64,000 bases of DNA from Eledone cirrhosa (lineage: Eukaryota): NCBI GenBank assembly GCA_964016885.1, contig OZ024755.1, positions 12,834,001 through 12,898,000 on the forward strand, given 5' to 3'. The notes beneath the pieces were generated by a model, which did no database searches, was not told the origin of the DNA, and saw nothing but the letters and a program-made list of their open reading frames with translations. Positions 1 through 15,029 of the stretch are shown here, in pieces. Made by a program: the position numbers and the translations under genes. Positions within the stretch are counted from its first letter, which is position 1; the number at the start of each line of letters is the position of its first letter.

Positions 1-203
1 CATTATCATCGTCATCGTCATCATCGTCATCGTCATCATCGTCATCACTATCATCGTCATCATCATCATCATCATCGTCATCATCATCGTCGTCATCGTC
101 ATCGTCATCATCATCGTCATCATCATCGTCATCGTCATCATCGTCATCATCGTCATCGTCATCATCATCATCATCGTCATCATCATCATCGTCATCGTCA
201 TCG

Positions 204-235
<32 letters not shown>

Positions 236-665
236 ATTATCATTATCATTATCATCGTCATCATTATCATCGTCATCATCATCATCATTATCATCGTCAT
301 CACTATCATCGTCATCATTATCATCGTCATCATTATCATCGTCATCATCATCATCATCGTCATCGTTATCATTATCATCGTCATCACTATCATCGTCATC
401 ACTATCATCATCATCATCATTATCATCGTCATTGTCATCATCATCATTATCGTCGTCATTGTCATCATCATCATCATCGTCATCATTATCATCGTCATCG
501 TCCTCTTTAACATCATCATCACTATCAGCATTATCGTCGTCGCTGTCATCATTAATATAATCGTCACTATCACCATTATCGTTGTCATCATCAATATCAT
601 CATCATCGTCATCCTTATCGTCGTCGTCGTATTTAACATCATCATCACTGTCATCATTATCGTCA
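1..665. repeat. (CAT/CGT/TAT)n trinucleotide microsatellite
   Basis: Direct reading. Confidence 0.95.
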
Positions 666-803
666 GTTAATGGTTTTGTTGGTGTGAAGTAAGTTCTCTA
701 AGATTTGGTTTCTAAAAGACTCAGACGACATTACGGTTCTTATATATTTGATATATAGTTATCCTTATCGAGCCCTCTTTGGATTTTAGTCTTCAAATTT
801 ATT

Positions 804-990
804 GTGGATTGGCAGTATCGGTAGAGGGTCGGACGTCATGCTTTCCAGCATAGTTACGTCCCTTTACGATCTGAGTTCAAATCCCGCCGAGGTTGACTTT
901 TCCTTTCATCCTTACGGGGGTCGCTAAAATAAAGTACCAGTAATGCACTGGGTAATTGCTGGCCTTGTGCCTAAAGTAGAAACAATTATT
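804..990 (+). mobile_element. tRNA-derived SINE family A (central GCCTTTCATCCTTACGGGGTCGATAAAATAAAGTACCAG domain), short-tail variant
   Basis: A-box-like TGGCAGTATCGG, B-box GAGTTCAAATCC, central domain, tail AAGTAGAAACAATTATT. More than 20 copies in the window. Confidence 0.85.
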
Positions 991-2145
991 ACTATAATCC
1001 TGTTTATAAAGTGTACAATTCTAATGTTAACTCTTATAAAAATTTGTAGATTTGAAGTAGCTTACATTTGTTTCTGAATCACACAAACTTTAAAATATCC
1101 TGTTTATAAATTTTACAGTTCTAAAGTTTACTCTCGGGAAATTTGTAAATCTGAAGTATCTTTTCTAAATATTTGTTTCTAAAAATACCAAAAGTTATCC
1201 TGATATAAAAGTAACTTTTATTAAACTTTTACATTTGAAGTAGTTTATATTTTTATATTTATCTTTAAAAAATTCTTCTAAGCTATCCTGTTTATTAAGT
1301 TTATAATTCTAAAGTCGATTTTCTAGAAAGAACCCAATCTTTTGATATTAACCAAACTAAATCAAGCTCTGGTTCTATAGAATAGAACCAACCATTTTAA
1401 AATGTTCCTATTTAAATTAAAATCTTACAACATAATTTTATAAGAACCATAATTTAAGTTACTATATTTGTAATGAACTAATTAATAATTTTAGTAAATC
1501 CCTCAAAATCCTTTATTAATTAATTGAAATAGAATGTATTCCATTAGAAAAGGTTGTTATTCGGTTACAGAGTTTACTATTCTAAAATTACTGATATAAA
1601 GAATATTTCCTTTTTTCATCCAATGGCAAGTTTCTTGTGAGGTTTGATTTGCAAGTAGCAAAAATTCCTGTACAGTCACAATTTATCAAGAGTCATTCTT
1701 TCTACGTAAAGACGTACACTTAAAGAATAACCCCTTTTTTAAGTGTCAAAGTTTATATGATTCTGTTCATATATATTTCCACAGTTACATTTTTATGAAA
1801 TTTTTAGACGTGTTGAAATCGGTTAATAGCTTTAGTGATGAAATCAACGAAATGGAAGTAATGTTTAGGAAATAAATTATTATTGCAGTAAGCATGTTCC
1901 TGAGAACTGTTTCATTGTGCAAATAAATGTATGTATGTATGTATGTATGTATGTATGTATGTATGTATGTATGTATGTATGTGCGTGTGTGCGTGTGTGT
2001 TCCGAAGTCATTGTTTTGGTAAAAACAGGAGCAAGCAGGAGAAAGCTCTCATCATTCCTAGTTTGTAGTTACAATGGAGATTCAGTATAATAATAACATT
2101 AATAAAGATGCTGATGTTACATATATATGTTATATATGTAACATC

Positions 2146-2202
<57 letters not shown>

Positions 2203-2396
2203 CGAAGGAAATGTGGTAAGGAACCAGATGGACCATAACGCACCAAAGTACTCAATACTTAGGGTAGTAGAGTGGGTAATAGGAACAAGTATGACCCCGA
2301 CAGCAGAGCTCAAGCCGTTTCGACGGCTAATTCTGGAGTCCAGAATTAGCCGTCGAAACGGCTTGAGCTCTGCCGTCGGGTCCTACTCGTTCCCAT

Positions 2397-2436
<40 letters not shown>

Positions 2437-2464
2437 CTCATAGAATATGCTATTGAGTCACACT

Positions 2465-2760
2465 GGAGGCGCGTGACTTACTGGTTACTGCGTTCGGCTC
2501 ACGATTCGATGGACGTGAGTTCGATTCCCTGTGCCGCGTTGTGTCCTTCAGCAAACATTTTATTTTACTCTGCTCCAGACCACTTAACTGTAGAAAATGA
2601 CTTATATCTGTAAGTTATTTCATACACCTGGTGATTGGACTGCAGCAACATAAAATACAGTGTCTTGTTCGTGGATACAACGAGCCGCAAGGAATTGAAG
2701 CCACGACATTGCTATCGAAAACCGAGCACCTAAACCTCTAAAACACCTAACCGCCTTCAA
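2465..2760. mobile_element. Two SINE family B 5' halves in inverted (tail-to-tail) arrangement
   Basis: + head GAGGCGCGTGACTTACTGGTTA...GAGTTCGATTCC...GTGTCCTTCAGCAA, followed by a minus-strand head ending CGCCTTC. The same arrangement occurs at 51172-51515. Confidence 0.65.
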
Positions 2761-2939
2761 AATGAGTAGGTACAACCCGCTGAAAAAAGTACTGTTCACG
2801 CAAAGTCCCTACGTAAGCAAGCGAGTAACTGAATAGAAAATACAGATTTACAGGAATGGTAAAGATATTAGCGATATTCATTTCCATTGAGGAATTGTAT
2901 CTGCGGAAAGTTAAGTTGTTTGGCAGTGTTTGGAGACAG

Positions 2940-3013
<74 letters not shown>

Positions 3014-3177
3014 GTATGGGAAGGGAGAGGAAGGGAGATAGAAAACTGAAATGGAGTAAAATAAGATTATTTCGAATTATTTATCGCTACATCTTTTACA
3101 TTACTCTATATATTTTTGTGTGTGTGTATGTGTGTGTGTGTGTGTCTGTGTGTCTGTGTCTGTGTGTGTGTGTGTAT

Positions 3178-3363
3178 TGGATTGGCAGTATCGGTAGAGG
3201 ATCGGACGCCATGCTTTGTAGCATTGAGTTAGGCCCCTTTACGGTCTGAGTTCAAATCCCGCCGAGGTTAACTTTTCCTTACATATTTACGGGGCCAATA
3301 AAATAAAGTACCAGTAATTCACTGGGATATTTGCTGGCCTTTTGCCAAAAGTAGAAACAATTA
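3178..3363 (+). mobile_element. SINE family A copy
   Basis: Near-identical to 804-990. Confidence 0.85.
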
Positions 3364-3846
3364 TATATGTACATATATATATGTTTATATATATATATAT
3401 ATATATAAAACATGAGAAGAAAGAAGAATACTGCGTGGTTGCACATGGGTTACATATGATAAAAATAGTCCTTCGTCAGTGATTTTCCAACCATCATCGG
3501 TATTTCATCGCATTAAAAATCATATACCTCAGGTTAGTGCGAGCAATAACTAAAAAAAGTTATTGGGACCACTAAATCGCGTAACGCGAGGGGGACAAGT
3601 GAACAACATAGAAGGATAAAAGCAAACCAAAGTGGTTAGAATGTCTCAGGAAAGAATCGCTGGAGAGATTTTACGGGCAAAACCAACATCGAGCAAGATG
3701 GTTGGATAACATCCATGAGCTTGGCTGATCTTGCTTAGGGATCCAGTCGGATCAGTTGGGAACAGTTGCTTCTGACATTGGAAAAAGAGTTTGAAGACCC
3801 TGCCCCCACGACCCTCTCAGGAATAAGTGCGCGAAGAAGATATGTA

Positions 3847-3882
<36 letters not shown>

Positions 3883-3911
3883 CGCATGTGTGTGTATGTA
3901 TATATATATAT

Positions 3912-4148
<237 letters not shown>

Positions 4149-4641
4149 ATAGTTGATGAAATCGAGTAAAGTACCCCCTGAAGATGGGGTACTTTACTCG
4201 TGAAATCGAACCGAGCATATCCCGTATATCTCGGCTGCTGCTGCTGTATGTATGTACGTACGTACGTATGAATGCGTATATGTATGTATACAATAATAGA
4301 GACGCAGCACAACAGCCCAGGTTTTCATTTTTCTTTTCTATTCAATCTTATAGTCACTTTTTCCATGCTTCACTTTGCTTCTCCTTCTTATCTAAATGAA
4401 AAAAACATCTGGAAACTACTCTCCCATTCGATAAGATGTATTATGCCTTACATAAATGCACTGTGCTGTTAAATCGCAGACAGACAACATATACACAAAA
4501 AAAAACTAAATAAATAGATAAACATATATTAATAAATATAGAAATAATATATATGCAAATAAGTAAATAAATATAAGTCTGCAAAAATCATCTTGCCAAG
4601 CGGTTCCAATATACTAATGCTGACTAGAAAGACAAATATAT

Positions 4642-5327
4642 GTGAGTGAGTAGGTGAGTGAGTGAGTGGGTGTGTGGGTGAGTGGGTGGGTGAGTGAGTG
4701 GGTAGGTGAGTGAGTGGGTGGGTGAGTGAGTGGGTGGGTGAGTGAGTGAGTGGGTGGGTGAGTGAGTGAGTGGGTGGGTGAGTGAGTGAGTGAGTTGGTG
4801 AGGGTGAGTGGGTGTGTGAGTAGGTGAGTGGGTGTGTGAGTAGGTGAGTGGGTGTGTGGGTGAGTGGGTGGGTGAGTAGGTGAGTGAGTGAGTGAGTGAG
4901 TGAGTGAGTGAGTGAGTGAGTGAGGTGAGTGAGTGAGTGAGTGAGTGAGTGAGTGAGTAGGTGAGTGAGTGAGTGAGTGGGTGGGTGGGTGAGTGAGTGA
5001 GTAGGTGAGTGAGTGAGTGGGTGGGTGAGTGAGTGAGTGAGGTGAGTGAGTGAGTGGGTGGGTGAGTGAGTGAGTGAGTAGGTGAGTGAGTGAGTGGGTG
5101 GGTGAGTGAGTGAGTGAGTGAGTAGGTGAGTGAGTGAGTGAGTAGGTGAGTGAGTGAGTGAGTGAGTGAGTGAGTGAGTGAGTGAGTGGGTGAGTGAGTG
5201 AGTGAGTGAGTGAGTGAGTGAGTGAGTGAGTGAGTGAGTGAGTGAGTGAGTGAGTGAGTGAGTGAGTGAGTGAGTGAGTGAGTGAGTGAGTGAGTGAGTG
5301 AGTGAGTGAGTGAGTGAGTGAGTGAGT
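4642..5327. repeat. (GAGT/GGGT)n tetranucleotide microsatellite
   Basis: Direct reading. Confidence 0.95.
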
Positions 5328-5928
5328 GTTTAATGACAAAAATGTATGGAGAGCGGTGGAGGTCGTCATCGTAGCCGTGGATGGGAGGGGGGTTAGTAGT
5401 AATGACGGTGGCTGTGATAGTGATGGTCATGATGATGGTGGTGGTGGTAGTGGTGGTGGTAGTGGTGGTCCTGGTGATGGTGGTGGTCGTAATGGTGGTC
5501 CTGTGATGGTGGTGGTGGTCGTGATGATGGTGGTGGTGATGATATTGGCGGTGGTGGTGGTTGTGATGATGGTGGTGGTGATGATAGTGGTGGTGGTGGT
5601 CGTCGTGATGATGGTGGTGGTGATGATAGTGGCCGTGGTGATGGTGGCTGTGTCAGTGGTGTGATATCCCTCGCTATACGCTATATCTTTGGGAGTTTCT
5701 CTTTAGAATCTTATTGATAAATGTTTATAGCTTATATTTCTGATGTGGTGGTGTAGTGGTGTGGTGATAGAGGTGGTGTAGTGGTGTGGTGGTAGAGGTG
5801 GTGTGTAGTGTGTTGTCGTCCGGTGATGTGATATGGTGGTGTGCATATGCATACGTACATTTAGAGGTACACACAGCTATATACTCATACGCCTGCACAC
5901 CCGCACACAAAGCTGCATGTCTATAGAT

Positions 5929-5977
<49 letters not shown>

Positions 5978-6113
5978 TGTGTGTGTGTGTGTGTCTGCGT
6001 TTGTGTGTGCTTGTGTCTCTGTATCTATGTACATGTGTGTATATATTGTTTTAAAACAGCTTGCATATATATAATAGTATATGGGCATGTTGCATATGCA
6101 AACCTCAATACAG

Positions 6114-6163
<50 letters not shown>

Positions 6164-6346
6164 GAGGTGGGTGTTCTTGTGATCTGCCTCATTACCATCA
6201 ATGAATAGAGACCCACATCCCATCACCAAGACAACTGCTATCACCACTGTAGGATTATCACCGCTGACACCAAAGGAGCTATTATATTATTACTACTGTG
6301 ACAGCTACAATTAATAACCACTGTGTGCAATTGCTATAACAACAAC

Positions 6347-6409
<63 letters not shown>

Positions 6410-6510
6410 GACCATTATTGTTATAGAGATCACTACTACCAGCATCCCCCCCCCTAATACCCACCACCTCGATATATGACTAAGGTTTTAAAATTTCCTG
6501 TTGACTTTTG

Positions 6511-6621
<111 letters not shown>

Positions 6622-6735
6622 TGCGCGTGTGCGTGTGCGTGTGTGTGTACACACATATATGGAAAAGAAATCATGAATCAGCATGGAACTTCTCTTAAAT
6701 GATTTAATAAGATAAATATTTGAATAATAATTCTT

Positions 6736-7150
6736 TCTATATTTGGCACAAGGCCAGAAATTTGGTGGAGCGCATCTCCTCTCTAGGTCTGAGCACATTT
6801 TTTCCAGAAAAGGAAAAGGGATAGAGATATAAAGGGAAAATCGATCTCAGTACTGAGTTGATACATTGATTATCGACCTCGGAAGGATGAAAGTAAAATT
6901 GACCTCGGTGGGATTTAAAGTCAGTCAGAGAGAGAGAGCGAGAGAAAGAGAGGATCGATCTCAGTACTGAGTTGGTACATTGATTATTGATCTCGGAAGG
7001 ATGAAAGTAAAATTGACCTCGGTGGGATTTAAAGTCAGTCAGAGAGAGAGAGCGAGAGAAAGAGGGGATCGATCTCAGTACTGAGTTGGTACATTGATTA
7101 TTGATCTCGGAAGGATGAAAGCAAAATTGACCTCGGTGGGATTTGAAGTC
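6736..7150 (-). mobile_element. SINE family A fragment with ~115-bp internal tandem triplication
   Basis: GATCGATCTCAGTACTGAGTTG...GGAAGGATGAAAG...GACCTCGGTGGGATTTAAAGTCAG occurs three times with GA-rich spacers. Confidence 0.75.
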
Positions 7151-7914
7151 AGAGGAGAGAGAGAGACAAAGACAGAGAGAGAGAGAGACAAAGACAGAGA
7201 GAGACAAAGACAGAGAGAGAGAGAGACAAATACAGAGAGAGAGAGAGAGACAAAGACAGACAGAGAGAGAGAGAGACAAAGACAGACAGAGAGAGAGAGA
7301 GACGGAGCCGAAGCGAATATTGCAAAGAATTTCTATCCGACTTTCTAACGACTACCAATTCGACTGAGGAATATATGGAACTAATAAGATACAACACAGT
7401 GAAATGAAAAAGGAAATTAAAAGATTTTTCTTCAAAATTGTCAGACTAGTATCAAAATATGAACTCGATGCTAGAAATAAGATAGCTAGATAATATACCA
7501 CCTGTCATGATTAATAGCTACTGCTTCAATATAATAATTTGGAAGGTGAATCAATTGTAGAGCTTAACCCTTTCGTTATAATATTTTTAGAGTAAGACAT
7601 TAACTATGGTTTTCAAATAATCACGAATTTGGAAGGATTAGATTATGTACCTTTCTCATTATTAAACTGATGTTTGAAACATAACAAAGGTTCTTACGTA
7701 AAATTATGGCGGAAGGGCTTTAGATAAATATAAATATGTTGAAATAAACTTATCTGTATCATGAAACCAAGAGGTTTTGCAGAAGATTTAGTATCAAAGA
7801 GGTTCAAATATGTTTAATTTGGTTAAGGCCAAGCTGGAGCTCCATTTAAAATATTTATTTTTCTATGTCATTTTTGTTAAACATTGATCTTTGCGTTAAA
7901 GTCTAATTTTATTG

Positions 7915-8998
7915 TCTGATTCCTCCGAGTTTACCTCTGCCTTTCATCCTTACAGGATCGATAAAATAAAATAGCAGTAATGCACTGGGATCGATTTATT
8001 TAATTGACTTTCCACCCCCACCCCCAAATTGTTGACCTTGTGCCTAAATCAGAAACCATTATCATGAGTAGTAGTAGTAGTAGTAGTAAGTAGTAGTAGC
8101 AGTGGTGGTAGTGGTGGTAGTGGTGATGGTGGTAGTGGCGGCGGTGGTGGTTTGATAGAATCAACAGAGCCTCTGGCAATATGCCTTGCGGTATTTATTC
8201 TGGCTTTTTTTTCAGGTTCTTGGATCAAATCCCCGCGAAGCCGAGTACAAGGGTTGATATAATCACCTTCCTTCCCTCATCCACTCATACCCCCACCTCA
8301 CCAAAATTGCTGGCCTTGTGCTTAAATCATAAGCCATTATTATATAACCAGATGGCGGTGGATTGGCAGAGGGTCGGACGCCATGCTTTGACGCATAGAG
8401 TTACGGCCCTTGCCATTCTGAGTTCAAATCCCGCCGAGGTTAACTTTGCCTTTCATCCTTACGGAGTCGATAAAATTAAGTACCAGTAATGCACTGGGTA
8501 ATTGCTGGCCTTGTACCAAAAAGTAGTAGAAACAATTATTATATAACCAGTCTTTATATTTTCAATTTCTTTTTCCATTAGGTTTATAGGTGTATTGTTG
8601 TCTGTTGGAATTGCTATCGATTAGAAGACTAGAAGACATCTATCTTTTTTGTTGGAAGTCTGTCACACAGACATTTCGTTTCCTTCTGGTCTTTGGCAAT
8701 TGTTGCTAACAAAACATCACATACATCGCAATTTATAGATGAGCAATGTTCGATCAATATCTAATCTCTATATTGAATGTTATTGTATGTGTTATTATGT
8801 GTGCAATTGTAAGGCGGGGGTTGATAGCATCGGTAAAGGGTCGGACAATAGATTTATCGTACTTTACGTTCTGAATTCAAATCCCGCCGGGATAGCTTTG
8901 TCTTTCATCCTTACGGGGTTAATAAAATAAAGCAAAACACCAGTAATGCATTGGGGTCTATTTAATCGACTTTCCTCTCTCACCAAATTGCTGGCCTC
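7915..8998 (+). mobile_element. Cluster of SINE family A copies (~7915-8062, 8150-8340, 8350-8542, 8812-8998)
   Basis: Recurrent B-box, central domain and tail motifs. Confidence 0.8.
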
Positions 8999-9282
8999 AT
9001 TATATGTGCAATTGTAAGGGTTAAGTGAAGGTGCTTGATTTCGTAGTTAGGATGTTCGACTCGTAGTTACATCACTTGGTTGTTTGTTACTGAGTGTTGT
9101 TGTGTGTGTAACTGTGTGTGGAACTGCGTGTTTTATTGTGTCTTACTGTGTTACTGCGTGTGTTATTGTATATGTATTCTTATCGTTATTGTACTGATAG
9201 AATTTTTATCAAGCCTATTGTGAAAAAGACAAAAATTGATACACAAATACACTATTTACCTTCTTTCTCTCTCTCTCCCTCA

Positions 9283-9392
<110 letters not shown>

Positions 9393-9785
9393 TAATATAT
9401 AATATGCTATGGTCTTATTCAGAAAAGTTAGATATATTTGCATTAATTGGCAAAACATCGGCATTCTTAGTATATACACAGTGTATCATATCTACATATA
9501 TCAATACAACAGACTTTCATATCAACTAATTTCATTCAATATCGTTTGTTTTTCACATTACAATGTTATATTAATACATTTTACTCATCGGAACATTCTT
9601 GGAGATTGTCTGTCATCTCGTTTTCTGCCCTCCTCTCTCTCTCTCTCTCCCCTCTCTCTCTCTTCCTCCCCTCTCTCTCTCCCTCTCTCTATCCCTCGCT
9701 GGTACTTTATTGAAAGTAACAGTTAAGGTCGATAGGATTTGAAACTCAAAATGTAACGAGCCTGAACAAAGCACAAATATGTACG

Positions 9786-9840
<55 letters not shown>

Positions 9841-9880
9841 AAATATGGTTTTATAAATATAGTTTCCATTTATTTAATAT

Positions 9881-9920
<40 letters not shown>

Positions 9921-10157
9921 GTGTGTATATATGTGTGTGCATGTGTGCGTGGGCGCGTGTGTGTGCGTGTGTGCGTGTGTGCGTGTGTGCGTGTGTGCGT
10001 GTGTGTGTGTGTGTGTGTATCAGTTGCAGTCGGGAGTGTTGTGGTGTAAAAGATATGGCTAGATTATTTCGACTACATGACTTAGGAAATAGCTGAGGTA
10101 AGCCATAGGTGTAAATATAATCCCACTGATTTCATTTTCATAGACTTCAGCAGCCGT

Positions 10158-10802
10158 ATCATCATCAACATCATCATCACTATCAGCATCATCATCACTA
10201 TCAGCATTATCATCATCATCAACAACGTCATCGTCATCATCATCGTCATCAACATCATCGTCATCATCAACATCATCACTATCATCACCATCGTCATCAT
10301 CGTCATCAACATCATCACTATCATCATCATCAACATCATCACCATTATCATCATGAAGTATAACGGGGGTACCTGATAGATTTCATGTCAGGTATCATAA
10401 TTTGATATCCTCGGTACATCATCATCATCATCACCAACATCACTAGCACTATCATCATCACCACAAGCATCACCATCAACACCCTTACTATCTCAACCAT
10501 CCCGCCCCGCCACCACCACCACCTTCAACACCACCACCACCATCATCACCACCAACATCATGACCATCATCACCACCAACATCATCACCATCATCACCAC
10601 CATCACCGCCACAATCACCTCCAATATCACCATCAGCAACATCATCACCATTACCACCCTCATCAACATCACCACCACCAACATTACCACCATCACCATC
10701 ATCACCATCATCACTCACCACCACCACCAACATCCCTACCACCACAATCACCTCCAATATCACCACCACCACCATCACCCTCATCAACACCACCACCACC
10801 AT
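10158..10802. repeat. (CAT/CAC)n low-complexity tract
   Basis: Direct reading; a similar tract lies at 25125-25775. Confidence 0.9.
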
Positions 10803-10887
10803 CTATGGTATTTAAACAAACGAAAGGAAATAGTTGTCTTCGTGTTTTAACATCAGGAATAACTTTACAGTTTGGTATTGATAAAGG

Positions 10888-10931
<44 letters not shown>

Positions 10932-10938
10932 TGTGTCT

Positions 10939-10974
<36 letters not shown>

Positions 10975-11395
10975 ATGTGTGTGTTTATGTATGTGTTTAT
11001 GTATGTGTTTATGTATGTGTGTCTATGTGTATGTATATCTATATATGTTTGTGTGTATATTTATGTATGTGTGTGTTTGCGTGTCTATATGTATGAATAT
11101 TTATACATGTTTGTGTGTGTATGTTTATGTATGTGCGTGTGTATGTATGTATGTATGTATGCGTGTCTATATGTATTTGTTTGTCTGTGTATGTTTATGT
11201 ATGGGTGTGTATGTTTATGTCTCTGAATATATATGTATGTGTATATTTTTGCCCGTTTGTCACTGTGTATATATGTGTGTGTATATGTATGTTTTTATGT
11301 GTGAGTGTTTATGTATGCGTATGCATCTGTATGTATGTTTCTTCATATGTCACTGTATGCGTTTAGGGGTCCTAGAATAAATTTGTGTATGTTGC

Positions 11396-11922
<527 letters not shown>

Positions 11923-12063
11923 TTCAGCCTGACACACCCCACTATGTGTAATTGAATGCAGTCGTGCCCCCCCCCTCTTCCTCCTCAGACATACATAAGT
12001 GTGTCTGCTTGTAACAACCTATGGGTATTTGTGTTTCTGAATGCTAATGTATAGTTTTGTATT

Positions 12064-12107
<44 letters not shown>

Positions 12108-12485
12108 TATACATACACATATATATATCTATATATCTATACACATATATATGTATACACATATATATATATACACATATATATGTATACACATATATAT
12201 ATACACATACATATACATACATACATATACATACACATATATATACATACACATATATATACATACACATATATATATATACACACATATATATATATAT
12301 ACACACATATATATATATATACACACATATATATACACACATATATATATATACACACATATATATATACACACACACATATATATATACTCACACATAT
12401 ATATATATATACACACACATATATACACACACTCATATATATACATACACACATACACATATGTATATATACATATATATAAGCT

Positions 12486-12565
<80 letters not shown>

Positions 12566-12779
12566 GTAAATATATATATATCCCGTATGTACACGTGTAA
12601 AATTTGAATGTTTTTGAACTATTTTTTTAGGTTAATTGTGTGGGTGGTCAACTGTTCCATTGATACTGCTTTGAAGGACTGAAATCCATACTGCAATCCA
12701 AAATAGCGAATCAAGAAGCAAACGCCCAAATAGAGTCGAAATGAATTAATAAACAATAAAAAACACAATGAATTACTAG

Positions 12780-13252
12780 AACAATAATTTCTACTTTAAG
12801 CACAAGGCCAGTAATTCGTGGTATGGAGAAGGGGGTTATATCGATACCAGTACTTGACTGGTATTTTATCTTATTGATCCTGAAAGAATGAAAGATAAAG
12901 ATAACTTCGGTGGGATTTGAACACAAAACGTAAAAGAGCTGGAATAAATACCGCAGAGGATTTTACCCGACGTTCTAACGGCTCTGTCATCCCAAAGCCT
13001 TTGAATTCCCGTAATATATCGATCTTCCTCCGCCACAAAACATAGTCCCTTCTAACAAAACATATAATTGTTTCTACTTTTGGCACAAGGGCAGCAATTA
13101 CCCAGTACATTACTGGTACTTTATTTTATCGACTCCATGTAAGGATGAAAGGCAAAGTTAACCTCGGCGGGATTTCAACTCAGACCATAAAGAGCCGTAA
13201 CTCTTTGCTGCAAAGCATGGCGTCCGACCCTCTACCGATACTGCCAATCCAC
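12780..13252 (-). mobile_element. Two tandem SINE family A copies
   Basis: Reverse complement motifs TTTCTACTTT..GCACAAGG, GGATGAAAGGCAAAGTTAACCTCGGCGGGATTT, GATACTGCCAATCCAC. Confidence 0.85.
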
Positions 13253-14223
13253 GCTCTCGTAGCTCCTATAAATGTGTTCACTTTCTCTTATACTTTATTA
13301 CATTCAGAAAATTATTTAAATGAAAATGTAAAGCTCATAACTAGAGTATATATTTTTTTAATATGAATATTATAAGATATTTGACTGTAATACAATCTCA
13401 CTGATCAGTCTAGATGAGGGAATTCATCAATAACTGTATCTAATACAGTTGGTATATACTCTCACAGATCACTGCACTTACTTGAACTTAGAAACGGCCG
13501 CGTCTTGTGACACATAGGACAACCAAAGAGCTCCAATGTATCTAGCTGAAGGAAATGATCAATCAAACTCTCATACAGTCACATTGATCACTGTAGTTGA
13601 AAGAACTCATCAATAACTGCATGTCTAATCGAATTGTCACACAGTTACACTGATCACCGTAGCTGAGAGATCGTCAATAACTATATGTCTAATCGAACTG
13701 TTATACACTCCTACTGATCCCCTTAGACGAGAAAAATTATCAATGCCTTGTTGACATCCTACTCAACACTCCTCGTGAAACAACGTAGCTTATTCAGAGA
13801 GAGAGGAGAGAGGGGAGAAAGGAAGAGAAAGAGAAGAATCAACTCTTAGTATTTGACTGGTACAGTACCAGTATAAAGTACCAGTAATGCACTGGGTAAT
13901 TGCTGGCCTTGTGCTTAAGTAGAAACAAGTATTTGACTGGTACAGTATATATTGACCTCGGAAAGATGAAGGACAAAGTTGAGCTCGGCAAAATTTGAAC
14001 TGAGAGCGCAGAGAACCAGGACAGTCTGTCCGATGCTCTAACGACTTGTGCCAATTCACCGGCCTTCCATATAAGACACGTAACCCACCCACTCTCCCCA
14101 CCCTTCTCTCTCTCTCAATCACCATCCATCTCTCTTTCTCTCTCGCACACACACACTCACAAAGACGTATGTGTGTATGTATGTGAGTGTATGTATGTAT
14201 GTATGTATGTATGTATGTATATA

Positions 14224-14630
14224 GAGAGATGACCCCTTAGCCTTTGTCAAGGCAGAATTCTAGGAGAAAGAAAACTCTGATATAACACCTGCAACCCTGA
14301 TGATATCCAATGATGTTGACTTGTTCTTCTTTTTGGTAAATATCATTTTGGTTAAGAGAGTGGGACTGGCTTTGTGCAGTGCCTTTGCTCACTATAAAAC
14401 CTTCACGGCACAGGCATTGCTTTATATCTGGAGATCTCTCTGCACTTGTCGTCACATGGTACCATGGGCCCAGCACTATGTGTCAATAATTGTCACAAGT
14501 GTAGTGTTTGTACCAGAGTTTTCAAGTCACTGGCTGGACTAAAAAGTCACACTCGTTCAGCGCATCGGTAGGGGTTCTTCTACATGGATATAAAGTAGGG
14601 GCCGTACTCGAAAACGAGTTGGCAGCCACC
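14224..14630 (+). mobile_element. 5'-truncated copy of the same RTE-derived element
   Basis: Highly similar to 15227-15633; encodes HKCSVCTRVFKSLAGLKSHTRSAHR*; flanked by TA/TATG repeats. Confidence 0.75.
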
Positions 14631-14797
14631 ATATATATATGTATCTATATAAATACGTACGTATATTATATCTATATGCATTTTCCCAGACACGCCTCAC
14701 ATGCATACATACGTCTATTCATTATACAGAGATAGTTCTATCCGTAGATGTAATTATAAATCCATGCGTCCACACACACACACACACATATATATAT

Positions 14798-14846
<49 letters not shown>

Positions 14847-15029
14847 AATATATATATATATATATATATATGTAAGTATGTTTTGAAATATATATATATA
14901 CACACACGCACACAAATAAATGTATGTATGTATGTATGTATGTATGTATGTATGTATGTATGTATGTATGTATGTATGTATGTATGTATGTATGTATGTA
15001 TGTATGTATGTATGTATGTATATATGTCA

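Noticed and set aside
804-900. tRNA-like A/B boxes in many places
   Set aside because: They are SINE heads; no complete cloverleaf seen.
13395-13745. Diverged ~65-bp repeats with GATGAG...GAAACGGCCGCGTC as a hammerhead
   Set aside because: Core and stems too degenerate to support a call.
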